From positions 96 to 64,095 of IMG/VR virus record IMGVR_UViG_3300012006_000003: 64,000 nt of DNA; one strand, given 5' to 3'. The stretch comes from a virus. Its lineage: Duplodnaviria; Caudoviricetes. Positions 9,901 through 18,900 of the stretch are shown piece by piece (positions within the stretch are counted from its first letter, which is position 1; each line of letters begins with the position of its first letter). The notes beneath the pieces are model-generated. The model had not been told where the DNA came from, ran no database searches, and saw only the letters and a list, made by a program, of their open reading frames with translations. The position numbers and the translations under genes were made by a program.

Positions 9901-12900
9901 TCAGATGTTACACTACCAACTTTAGAACCAGTCTGAAATGTAAAGTACTGTATATTACCTTTCATCATTTGATGATGTAAAGACTCTAAGTCAGATCCTT
10001 TAACTACAGTTGGTATCAACGGCATTAAGGCAAACTTATGCATTGAATTAACTGGTAATGCTGTATTAGCTAAGTGACCAAAGTGTTGTAATTTATATAC
10101 AGGAAAGAAATGAGTTATGTCTTCTGCTTTAACAGTTTTACCATTGATGATGTCTTGAAATAATTTCTCTTGATCAGCTGACCAATTTTTCTCAACAAGT
10201 CTTAATGTACGGTATGCATCAAAAGTTATAAAACCTTGACCATCACCCTCTTCCATTTCCTTATAAGCTTTTAGCTCTTTCTTTAATCTATAATCAACTT
10301 CAGCTTGAGTCAAGTCTCTTTTCTTATAGTCATCTCTTAATGCTTTCTCAATATGATTAATGTATATTGATTTTCTTTTAATGTCTTGTGCTATAGCTGT
10401 ATTGTAAGTACCATTATAATTAAACATTGCATAGTCTGCACCAAAGTCAGGAGAATCAGCTAATTTAGCACCATAAGACGTACCATTAATTTTACTACTA
10501 TTAATAAAGTTCTGAGTATAAAGATCTGTCATAAAACCTCTACCACCAGATGTAGAACCTGTATTTCTTTTATGTAACTCTTGTTTAGCATGATTATACT
10601 GCACTATATCACCATATATTAAACTTGCAGTTTCAAAGTTATGAATCCAAGCATTCATTGTATGAGCTTTAATAAGCATCTTCTCTTCTTCTGCAGTGGA
10701 TAACTCGTATCTTTTTAATTTATTAGTTAATGCAGGATCAATCCATTTAGATTTTTGAAAATCTTTTTGGTTAACATATGTTTGGTCATTGAAGTATTTT
10801 GTTATTTGCTTAGTAATATCAGCTTTTAATTCTGAATCAGTTTTTAAGTAATCAATTAAATTACCATCTTTTACTTTATCAATGATCTCATTTTTAGTAT
10901 CCTCAGTTAATACAGCATCAAAAGCAGTAAAGAATTCACCGGCCATTCCTAATACAGTCTTACCATCAGCTGATAAGATCTCTCTATTGTAACCAACATA
11001 CTTTTTAAACTCATCTTTATTAGCTCTTATTTTTTGTATTCTCATTAACTCAGCTTGAATGTACCCTATGAAAATGTTATCTACAGCATATTTATCTGCA
11101 TTACCGTTAGGAACAAACATATCAATATCCACATATAAGTTACTTTTTTTCTTACCTAGTCCACCAATTATATTATTTCCAGACTTCATACCAAAAGATG
11201 ATGACTTAGATGCATGTCTCATAAATTCTTGGAAACCTGATTTTAACATCATGTTTAACTCCTGAATATATTTACTATGAACATCAAGAGAAGTAGTATT
11301 TGCACCTTCATTAGTACCTACCATCTGACTACCAGAGATCATTACAAAATCAATCTTACCATCTTTTCTTCTATCCCATGTATTTTCATCTACATAGAAT
11401 ATACTTTTAAGTAATTGAGACTGCTCAGTGAAACCATTAATTTTAGGATTAAGGTAACGCATATATTTATACTTACTTTTTCTCCATAAGTCTCTACCAT
11501 TATCTACTGTATTGATTGCATTTACAATCATACTTACAGTATTATCTTCAATAAATTCATTAACAAGATTCTTCTCTGCATTTAATACACTGAAACTAGC
11601 ATACTCTGTACCAAATTTACTCTGCAATTTAGCTAGATTCTGTAGAACTCCTTTTTCACTTTCAACCTTTTTATATATACCATCAGGTATTTTACCATAA
11701 AGTGCTTCAACAGGATTAGCTAAAAACTTTTGTATAAACTCTTTCTGTACTTCTGTAGCATTTCCTTTTTTAATTAATGCATGTATAGACTTTGTAATTG
11801 CAAATAAATAAGGTATACCATATTTCTTTTCATTATTACTTAGCTCATCTTTAATGCTTTTTAAATCTTGAAGATCAATTCCAATTGCTCTAGCAAATTC
11901 AATTTGTTCTTTAGCTGTAGATACCGTATTGAATGCAGCTATTACTTTACTTATTTTTAATATAGATTTGTTATCAGCTGTTTTACCAATATACTCTGTC
12001 TCAGCAGATGAATTAAAATTACTTTTAAATCTGTTTATAATATTTTTAAACTCAATAGAAGCATCAGTTACTTCTGATTTATAACCACCAGTATCATTAT
12101 CCTTATCAATTGTTAACTGTTTATATATTAGTTTAGTTTTCTTAAAGTCTTGCCAAAATGCAGCTTTAATATTAAACTCTTCTATTGTATCAATATCTCT
12201 TGGATTTGGGATCTTACTATTAATAAGTTGTACCAACTCAGGATACATGCTACTTGCCTCAACAAGTTTATCATACATTTTATTTGGGTCCTTTTCACCA
12301 CCAATTACTTTAGTAACAATATTCCATGTTTTACTAAAGTCAGCTAGTTCAGGAAAACCTAATGATCCTGTAACTTGTTTACCATCAACTACTTTAAATA
12401 AACTTTTTAAAATATAAAGAGTTTCTTTTTCAGCTAATTGTAATAGTGATTTTTGACCTACTTCATTTTTTGCTACTGCCTCAGATGAATCTACATTTTC
12501 AGGAGCAGATGTATCATTGTCTATTTCTTCCTCTTCTTCAGATATCTCAATGTATTTTTGCTTAATTAAATCAAATGTACTATGCTCTTTGTGAAAAGCA
12601 AGAACACTATCCCAATTACTTATAGCTTTGTCAATGATTCTAATCTTATCATTTAATACAGTTCTTTTATTAAAGTCTTCATCTGGAGTTGCTTCCAATT
12701 CAGCATTAAAGTTTTCAAGCTTATTAGCAAATCTTTTTTTGATTGTAGCATAAGCAGCAGCTCTATTTTTATCATCAGCAAGGATCTGAATAGTACCTGT
12801 TTTATTAGCAGTAACTAGGTTACCTAATGCATCAACAACTTTATCATCACGTCTTTTTACCCTTACTGCGTACAACTGATCAATAAATACAGACATTGCT

Positions 12901-15900
12901 GAGTCAAGCTGATTAGATACTTTAAGACTATCTTGATAGTTTAAAGCTAATTCTTTTGTTTCTGCATTGACAATACCACGTGCTCTATTAAGAGTGTTGA
13001 ACATATGGTTATCAACAAGTGGAGTATATTTGTTTAAAAGTTTAGGATTTTTACCAGCAAAATATAATCTTTCAAATAAATCATCTTGCATAGATCTTTT
13101 ACCAAGTAATGCTTTAATAAAATTCCAGATTTGTCTGAATATAGTATTTCTTATAGGAGCATCACTTTTAGGTGACGGATCTTTAGCATAATCTCTATAC
13201 TCTTCAGCAAGTATTTCTTCTACCTCTTCTGGAGAAAGATCATAATTATTTAATCTTTTTCTAGTTTCAGCATATAACTTAGTTTTTTGGGCTTTAGTTA
13301 AATATAACTGAGTAAATGCATGCCAAGCTTCATGGTATAAATCTACAGCAGAACTACCAGTAGCAGTATCTAATTGTATTTTAACATCCTCTAATCTTTT
13401 ACCAGCTATAACAAATCTTGCATAAACATCAGAGTTAACAATGTTAGCCATGTGTTCAAGCTTAATAAACTTAGACAATGGAGAATTAGCCCACCACTCT
13501 TTAGCAGCAACTATCTGTTCTTTAGTAACACCATTAGGTAGTTTACTTGATCTATTTAAAGTTATGTCCCCTGAATCTAGCAAATCCATTATATCAGACA
13601 TGTCATCTGAAGCATTAATATCAGATGGTGCAAAATACTCAGCATCAATTTTTGGTGCCTCTTCTTTTTTAGCTTCAGGTGTCTTAGGTGTTTTAGGTAA
13701 TAAAGTATAATCAGTTTCACTAACTTGACCTATTTTTTTATTATTTGAGTCATATATTGAAATTACACCTGTTTTTGGCACACCTTTGCTTGTAACAATA
13801 TCATTAACAATAAATGTTACAGGATCACCAGATTTAATACCAGCAATTGGTTTACCACCCTCATATCTACCTTCTACAAGTACACCATCTACAGTTAATG
13901 TAAATGTAGCATCTGTAAGAGATTTAAGAGCTGTTATAGTACCAGATAATTTATCATTTTTCTTAAGTTTGCCTATAAGTTCATCTTTTCTTATTTTTAT
14001 TCTAGACTCTCTATTATTGTTTACCTCTTCTTCAGCAATACTTATTTCATCATTAAAATCAGTATTTATATTAAATTGAAAGTATGGGTTGTTATTACTA
14101 GTTGCAACATCTTTTTTCTTTTGTCCAGCTACACCTACAATTTTTAAATTTTGAGCTAATAAAAAATCAATATATTGAGTTGGTCTTTTAAAAAATTCTT
14201 TGTTTGCAATATCATATAAATTAAATGTTGCAGAACCATTAAGTAAATTTTCATTAATGGTCATGTTTGTAGGATAGTATATTACTTCACTATCACTTTT
14301 TATATATGGACTTTCATATAGTAAAGAGTCAATAATTAATTGTTCCGCTTTAGGTTCTGAAAGAGTTATTTCTTTAGCACTTGTAGATGCATTTGCTTTA
14401 ATCTTAACAGTTAACTCATTAGTAGTTGAATTATAATTTACCCATAATTTTCTTGTAGTTTGAGCATTAATTGCATTATTTGTAAACTGCATATAGAAAT
14501 CATTTTTTACATTGTTTTCTATATTTGGATTCATTAATACAGCAGCAATTTGCTTAATATACTCTTCACCTAAATTAGGTCTATCAATTGTATACTCTAC
14601 ATCATCAACACGGACATAAGCTTCACTTGTTGTAGTATTAATTTGAATATTAGGTTTTTTTATGTTATACTCTTGTAATAACATATCTAATGTTACTGTA
14701 TTACCATGTGAGAATATATCTGATATACCAGCACTTACACCTTTGATACTTAATAATGGTACCTTTTTTGGATCACCTGTTCTTACTTTATTAGTTAAAG
14801 CTTTTAAGTCTTGAAACTGCTCTTGTTGTTTTTTATCTACTATTTCAAGTTGAGCTTCATATGTAGTATTTTGATTCAGTAACCATTTCTTATAGGTATC
14901 AATTCCCATACCCATTTTATAAGCTACTTTCTCAAGGATGTCTTCAGGAGAAAGTATTCTATCTTCAATACCATAGATATCAGTAACTCTTAATCTATCT
15001 GAGTCTTTTTCATTTCTTACATCTCTTAAGAACTGATATACAATTTGACCACCTTCATTCTTTGTAGATATTTTACCAAACTCATCAAAGTATATTGGGT
15101 TACCACCTGCATCAGATACTACTAAAGCAACTATATCTTTTATAGGAGTAATTCCTTTCTTACGTGTAACATCTTCTGAAATAGAATTACCTTTTTTTAA
15201 TAGATTTACAGTTGTTGTATCTAATAAACCTTTTGCATTAAGAGATCCTAATAATTCAGGTTTAAGTTTAATTACTCTACCTTCATATAATAATTCACCT
15301 AATGCAGAATCTCTTTTACTATTGTTTCTTATGCTTCTTATAGTTCTATAGATTCTTGCCTTATTAAGATCTTTTCTTTCTCTACCTAGAGTATCTTTTT
15401 CATCAGGGTTTCTTGGTTCAAGTTCTTGCATAGTGGATGTGAAAGCACTTGATGCTTGCCATCTAAACGGGTCATTTAATATCTCATCTAACTCATCATT
15501 GTTAGTAGATAAAGGATCATTTAAAATATTATTCTGGATTTGAATATCTATTTCTAAATCCTTTGCTGTAGCTTTTGGTCTAAAATATTTTAGTGTTTCA
15601 AGTAAACCCTTATCAACATTTTTAAATTTTGCTATAAGCTCTCTAATAAAGTTTGCATCAAAGTCTAATGTTTCTAACTCAGCTTGATTACTTGCTTTGT
15701 TTATTAAAGTTGGTACAATCTGTAAAAAAGATGATGCTACATTAATATCTTTTCTTGACTCTATTTGTTCAAATAGATTCTTCATAAAAGTGTCAACTTC
15801 AGCCTTAGTAAAAGGTTTTCCTCCTTCTAAAGCTGTCAACATTTCTTTATATACTAACTTGTATAAGTTCTCAACTTGTGCTTCTGATAATGAACAGTGT

Positions 15901-15908
15901 AGCTTCAT
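3975..15908 (-). CDS. Giant virion-packaged DNA-dependent RNA polymerase (crAss-like vRNAP) with zincin domain and C-terminal accessory domains
   Basis: 3977 aa; RIPVQG...SGADFDVDKL catalytic motif (~8911-9050), DGQGFIT, TQLRKLI, GSKVG; HEAWH zincin motif (~13320); position downstream of the tail genes is typical of crAss-like phages. Confidence 0.92.
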   Translation of the reverse strand: MKLHCSLSEAQVENLYKLVYKEMLTALEGGKPFTKAEVDTFMKNLFEQIESRKDINVASSFLQIVPTLINKASNQAELETLDFDANFIRELIAKFKNVDKGLLETLKYFRPKATAKDLEIDIQIQNNILNDPLSTNNDELDEILNDPFRWQASSAFTSTMQELEPRNPDEKDTLGRERKDLNKARIYRTIRSIRNNSKRDSALGELLYEGRVIKLKPELLGSLNAKGLLDTTTVNLLKKGNSISEDVTRKKGITPIKDIVALVVSDAGGNPIYFDEFGKISTKNEGGQIVYQFLRDVRNEKDSDRLRVTDIYGIEDRILSPEDILEKVAYKMGMGIDTYKKWLLNQNTTYEAQLEIVDKKQQEQFQDLKALTNKVRTGDPKKVPLLSIKGVSAGISDIFSHGNTVTLDMLLQEYNIKKPNIQINTTTSEAYVRVDDVEYTIDRPNLGEEYIKQIAAVLMNPNIENNVKNDFYMQFTNNAINAQTTRKLWVNYNSTTNELTVKIKANASTSAKEITLSEPKAEQLIIDSLLYESPYIKSDSEVIYYPTNMTINENLLNGSATFNLYDIANKEFFKRPTQYIDFLLAQNLKIVGVAGQKKKDVATSNNNPYFQFNINTDFNDEISIAEEEVNNNRESRIKIRKDELIGKLKKNDKLSGTITALKSLTDATFTLTVDGVLVEGRYEGGKPIAGIKSGDPVTFIVNDIVTSKGVPKTGVISIYDSNNKKIGQVSETDYTLLPKTPKTPEAKKEEAPKIDAEYFAPSDINASDDMSDIMDLLDSGDITLNRSSKLPNGVTKEQIVAAKEWWANSPLSKFIKLEHMANIVNSDVYARFVIAGKRLEDVKIQLDTATGSSAVDLYHEAWHAFTQLYLTKAQKTKLYAETRKRLNNYDLSPEEVEEILAEEYRDYAKDPSPKSDAPIRNTIFRQIWNFIKALLGKRSMQDDLFERLYFAGKNPKLLNKYTPLVDNHMFNTLNRARGIVNAETKELALNYQDSLKVSNQLDSAMSVFIDQLYAVRVKRRDDKVVDALGNLVTANKTGTIQILADDKNRAAAYATIKKRFANKLENFNAELEATPDEDFNKRTVLNDKIRIIDKAISNWDSVLAFHKEHSTFDLIKQKYIEISEEEEEIDNDTSAPENVDSSEAVAKNEVGQKSLLQLAEKETLYILKSLFKVVDGKQVTGSLGFPELADFSKTWNIVTKVIGGEKDPNKMYDKLVEASSMYPELVQLINSKIPNPRDIDTIEEFNIKAAFWQDFKKTKLIYKQLTIDKDNDTGGYKSEVTDASIEFKNIINRFKSNFNSSAETEYIGKTADNKSILKISKVIAAFNTVSTAKEQIEFARAIGIDLQDLKSIKDELSNNEKKYGIPYLFAITKSIHALIKKGNATEVQKEFIQKFLANPVEALYGKIPDGIYKKVESEKGVLQNLAKLQSKFGTEYASFSVLNAEKNLVNEFIEDNTVSMIVNAINTVDNGRDLWRKSKYKYMRYLNPKINGFTEQSQLLKSIFYVDENTWDRRKDGKIDFVMISGSQMVGTNEGANTTSLDVHSKYIQELNMMLKSGFQEFMRHASKSSSFGMKSGNNIIGGLGKKKSNLYVDIDMFVPNGNADKYAVDNIFIGYIQAELMRIQKIRANKDEFKKYVGYNREILSADGKTVLGMAGEFFTAFDAVLTEDTKNEIIDKVKDGNLIDYLKTDSELKADITKQITKYFNDQTYVNQKDFQKSKWIDPALTNKLKRYELSTAEEEKMLIKAHTMNAWIHNFETASLIYGDIVQYNHAKQELHKRNTGSTSGGRGFMTDLYTQNFINSSKINGTSYGAKLADSPDFGADYAMFNYNGTYNTAIAQDIKRKSIYINHIEKALRDDYKKRDLTQAEVDYRLKKELKAYKEMEEGDGQGFITFDAYRTLRLVEKNWSADQEKLFQDIINGKTVKAEDITHFFPVYKLQHFGHLANTALPVNSMHKFALMPLIPTVVKGSDLESLHHQMMKGNIQYFTFQTGSKVGSVTSDGKADKIYNDGGVEKTLRSDIQFTPNTVYLEYVKNVTAVPDKYKGKTVFATQLRKLILEGLYENGEIVENYKQYTSQIRAYENAVDNYTSILKKELLEEIGYEKVDGKYVSGDLSKFMDVIQRELERKEIPEHLIDYIQVGSDNKITKDLSLHMLSGDIEKMITSIIEKRIVKQKVKGEPLVQVSSAMSNGLWDSGLKFDKAQTKDIEKYLGSNNLPFYYPGEDGKTTAMKVAIALQGDFNNLLNLKDNDGKVIGTRERLNEMIKNDEWLNKGNNRKAVTMTAVRIPVQGLNSMEFMEVYEFLDPAAGNIIIPPSEIVAKSGADFDVDKLTTFMPNIDANGQYVESGMDEETLDRLIAASKKKGDKAEMTRLIKLHKAALENRLIDSIRGLLELPETYATLIRPNDTYLMKDIADKLVDQLPEYSRYKTISPTNTLEVGYNLHKHEANMIGKDVLGIIALENALNPLYTSLGAALPKTYKGLVKNKVTKKYEEDPSIDYDMRLLLNHTKTKDGRISLSGINSQDNKDKIADLISHLMNGSVDVEKDAWIFFIQANKELIPMMLGLLKAGVPKEEAILFISQPLVIEYANQQRLYGSTYANLTGKPTKQDESAKYNALQATLRQTDISNAIYDANETRLTKALANAEPDTAVVVRLSGISEKGKVFKTTIKKLKSDIKKDKINLYDIESINTKEAPLFKYIIANPNDEFYHPLSWANYKDVALAATKGIDKFSLSDLEEIIETKDTTSRRAVAAFMHYLEYEKQIKAMSDLKRQSNPDTTTSKTIQEILQKRLGLDMLTESSMLEPALISKLRNQSILGSFFDNTLTPDLVEPIFPLTDDRKVSEYLLDYLKNKTVPAKYGDGADGVTNFITSFKNAMVNYIYQNRLNEIISTGESFPGIPQSLTSLDHQEFVTKFMSMLSENTHLKELYSVLEQITDVPVNIFDAKTKKIKDQISVLTLNNKAVVKGELASAYHQNLIDLADDTVIKVNDPVKNKEISDMFKALPLISILQNGVGSTKYGLSYVLPDTTYFEIVEPASRAFIENNMNNVTFNKITEMMIANDPNVNNYIVGKVATRSTQPSTSVNSNDIYSQLENKNVVISNIKTKDGKYDRDANIKEAKANNRVYTMEMVSDINSFSNPWAHFIRTGTIKTNTIKEAVINYIDWLTTDKFKDVKPKRKAFILDVLKSGKLKGRQLQYYAELGEPSHAIALDYLINKYDWGTPSTQPSAQATVQPIGVKEVIPQYGVIQASTNPTKEFDNKLVNAISDNIKKNAYVENGSSTANLMFSYGWQWKGNNTKKVTGEKLKVQPAQVDFNATGKLQPIKPYYFYDSKYNDGTPVPNIKELDFLKKHIEKTLGKDMSNYDIALNNIYTKGTKLFRHTDIDESNTAKGYPVVVYVLGNEHKVRVDDNGGKAVRGAGQMVNPKTLTLHNGDIYTFGMDGKGRFEAVHDVIEAPKTDSSFPPITLPDGTVTSNYTVTFTFRRAADLEPGMPTQPTKISTQQQQENVTGKINFEENQTGGYPARTRINASADATIHLADNFETPGEILTKKSVQEQDKIYIKLATTNQNLSKFNKEKMSASINSAVDILNKFNAKTLNIAGNGIYDMKGRTQEEVDEFMYILLSGIVNSPNLKNKITLIRSGGQTGFDEAGAKAGMKLGIPTIVLAPKDWEFRTNEGNVKNEQAFKARFNTQQQGSDTKINIYAGTGENAELSNFAERPVKLGNETFRTPEGAYQAMKIWFTNAVLLGTPTSKENLEILEKLKTASGKQAKALGREITDLSDGTWDRDSSGVMKNILKLSFEQNPDALAKLLATGNATLTHTQDKGKWGTEFPKLLMEVREELRGTQSTQQQAPVGETNEEPDGQSGEQVVEKIEDRLISTKKASFVIKPDGRIFNANGTELTDKTSINIINIKKELEDGTLRMSNFNNKKYYILSDNTIADSGETGGQESTLDAETKKIILDKATTYKPNCNI

Positions 15909-15912
15909 AATA

Positions 15913-18900
15913 TTAACAGTCTAAATCATTTAATAAATCTTCATAAATAGTGTCTAGTGATTTCTCACTAGCCTCAGTCTCAGCTTTCCCAAGGGCACCT
16001 TTTTTATCAATAAAATCTTGCGCCTTCTTAATTGATTCAGCTATTACTTCTTTATCCATTTCATCAATTTTTTGCTCACCTAATTGAGCATCTTTTGCTT
16101 GTTGAATTGAAAGGGTTGTAACATGTTTATCCAACTTAGACAAAGGTAATGTTTTTTTATCTTTTCCATATTGAAATTCTACACCAGTTTCTGTTGATTT
16201 AATAACTGTAATTTTAGAACCTTTATCAGCAAAAAGTTTATCTTTTTCTCCTGGTATAGGTTCTTTAACTATTACAGTATCTCCTTTATGCAAGATTGTT
16301 TTAGATAGCTTTGTATTTGCTAATTTAAACTCTTCTTTTTTAGCATTGACTAAATCAACAATAGCCGGTCTATCTTCAATTGTGATTTGATTGTTTACAA
16401 GACCCTCTCTTAAATTTACTAAATATTCTTCTAATACTGGTCCTTCATTGATAGATTCTAGTTTATTTTTAACCTCTTCAATAGTAATTCTAGGCCCTAC
16501 TTGTTTTTCAACAACATTCTTTTTATTAACAGTTGTGCTTGTAGGTTGTACAGCACCATTCTTTATGTTTTTATTAATTAAATCTAACCATTCATCAAAT
16601 TCTTTATCTGTACCTGAACTATCTAATTCTGTTGTATTTAAACTTGTAATAAGAGCCATTAGTCCTGATTCAGTCCTTGTGTTTTCTTTTAAACCTTTAA
16701 TTTTATAATCTAATTTTGTACCTGTCTGAGATTGAAATTCTTTTTTCCAAAGCCTATTTATTTTAAAATGGTTGTTAAAATCGTATACAACTTTACCAGA
16801 CTGGTCTTTAATTAGATTAGTTGCTCTATTAATATACATATCAGGAAATACAAAGTTTTTGTTTAATAACTCTGCAACCTTATCAATTTCAGGAGAATAA
16901 GGCATTTTACCTGTTGCTTTGTCAACATTGCCTTTAACTAACCATGCTCCTGTATAACCAAAGAATGGATACCAATCACCTTGAATTTTATCAGATGTTC
17001 CAGCTGATGATTTATAGAAAGGTACAAGTTGTCCATTGATTTTTGCTACAACAAATAATCTACCTTGCATTGCTTCAAACACAACTGCACCTTCAGGATT
17101 AAGTTGAGTGTTAACTATTTCTTTATTTGTTTTTTTATCTATTACTGTTAATGTATTATCCGGTACAACAAGTATATCCTTTAAAGGAGCCATGTTGATA
17201 TAAATTCTACCTACTGGATCTTTATCTGCTGTAATGAAAAATTCTTTTGCATCTTTAATTTGATTTGTAACAGGTTTAGTTTTTACCGTGTCAATGATAT
17301 TGTCACCGTTAGATATACTGTTTACAGTAGGAGATTTTTTACTTAAAGCATCATTTTTAGTATAAAGCTTACCATTGCTAAAGTATCCATAATTGAACTT
17401 AGTAGGTATTTTACCTACGGTCATTTCTGGATATGTTTCAAGCATTTGATCTTCTATAGTATCCAGGCTTACCTTTTTTTCAAGAGTAGATTCACCAAAT
17501 TCAGATTTAGGAAAAGCAAGTATAAACATACCAAGCTGACCTCTATGTGGAGACTCACCTTTCTGTAATTTTAATAACGCATTATATAAAGATTCTTTAC
17601 TACCTACACCTACTGTACCTTGAAGTGCAGTACCTAAATTATATTTAAATTGTGTATCATATATATTTTTAGCAACATCGTCACCAGTTACATGTAAACC
17701 ATAAATCATATCATCAGGTAAAGCTCTTACTTGATCTCTCAAGGCTTCTTTATCTGCTAGTGATACTTCTTTTACTTTCTTTACTTGTTTACCTTTAGCT
17801 TCAGCTATTTCATCAGCAAAAGCTAATGCGTTTAAATCATTATCTAATTGTTCTTGGTATTTAATATATGGAATATCATCAGTGATTATATTCTTCTGGT
17901 CTTCTTTGCTTAGTGTCTTGATAACATCTTCTGGGTAACCCAATCTTTCAAACTCAGTTATAAGTTTTGGATTCATTGCTGTTGCAACTTTAATACCTAG
18001 CGTATCACTGATTTTAATTACAGCATCAATCTTAGACTTAGCATCTCTAAACTCTGGATTCAATGGGAAATACCACTTATCAAGTCCAAGTAATTTTTGA
18101 TTACTAGGTTGCTTAACTGAAGCAATCTTATACTCTTTTTGATTAATTGTAATCTCAAGAGGCATGATGTTTATTTCAGCATCAAGACCTGTCATCTTTT
18201 TCAATAATCTTGCATAAGTATATTGTTGAAGTGTATAATCTTCAATTTTATTTAAGCCAGACTCTGTTCTTGTATCTTTTTGAAAACCGTTCCATTTCTT
18301 TTGCTCACCTGTTTTAAAGTCAACAATCTGTAACTTACCTGTTTGATCTATTAATAGTAAATCAATTTCACCAGCAACACCTGACTCTTCATCAAATACT
18401 TTAATATTATCTGCTAATACAAATAACTCACCTGAATCAATCTTTGCCTTAAGAGGTTTAATAAAACTATCTGGTCCAAATAATTCATCATAAGCTTCTC
18501 TAGATATTCTTGCCTCATCAAACTTAGGTGTTTGACCTGGTGTAAAAAAGCTTCTTAACTGTTTATCTAAGTACGTACCTGCAGTTCTTGTATACTCATA
18601 AGCATTTTCTGATATAAAACTTTGAATATCAACAAGTAAATCTTTTTTAGATTTAATAGGAGTTGTTGCTTCTTCTTTTAATAAATCTTTTAAATACTTT
18701 TTAACTAAAGTAGATGTAGATTTAATCCCGTCTATTGTATCTTTAGTATAACCGGAATTACTTAAAGCAGGTAAAGTTGTATCAATTTCTGCCATGAATT
18801 TATTTATACTGTTGGTTGTAAGACCCTCTGTATCAATAGTTTTAGCAAAAGCTTCTGCAATTAATTTATTCCCTTTATATGTATACTTGTCTTCTTTAAA

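Noticed and set aside
1992-15918. Terminal cysteines as split-intein or lipoprotein signals
   Set aside because: No intein blocks (no C-terminal HN, no Cys1 motif) and no signal peptide or lipobox precede these cysteines.
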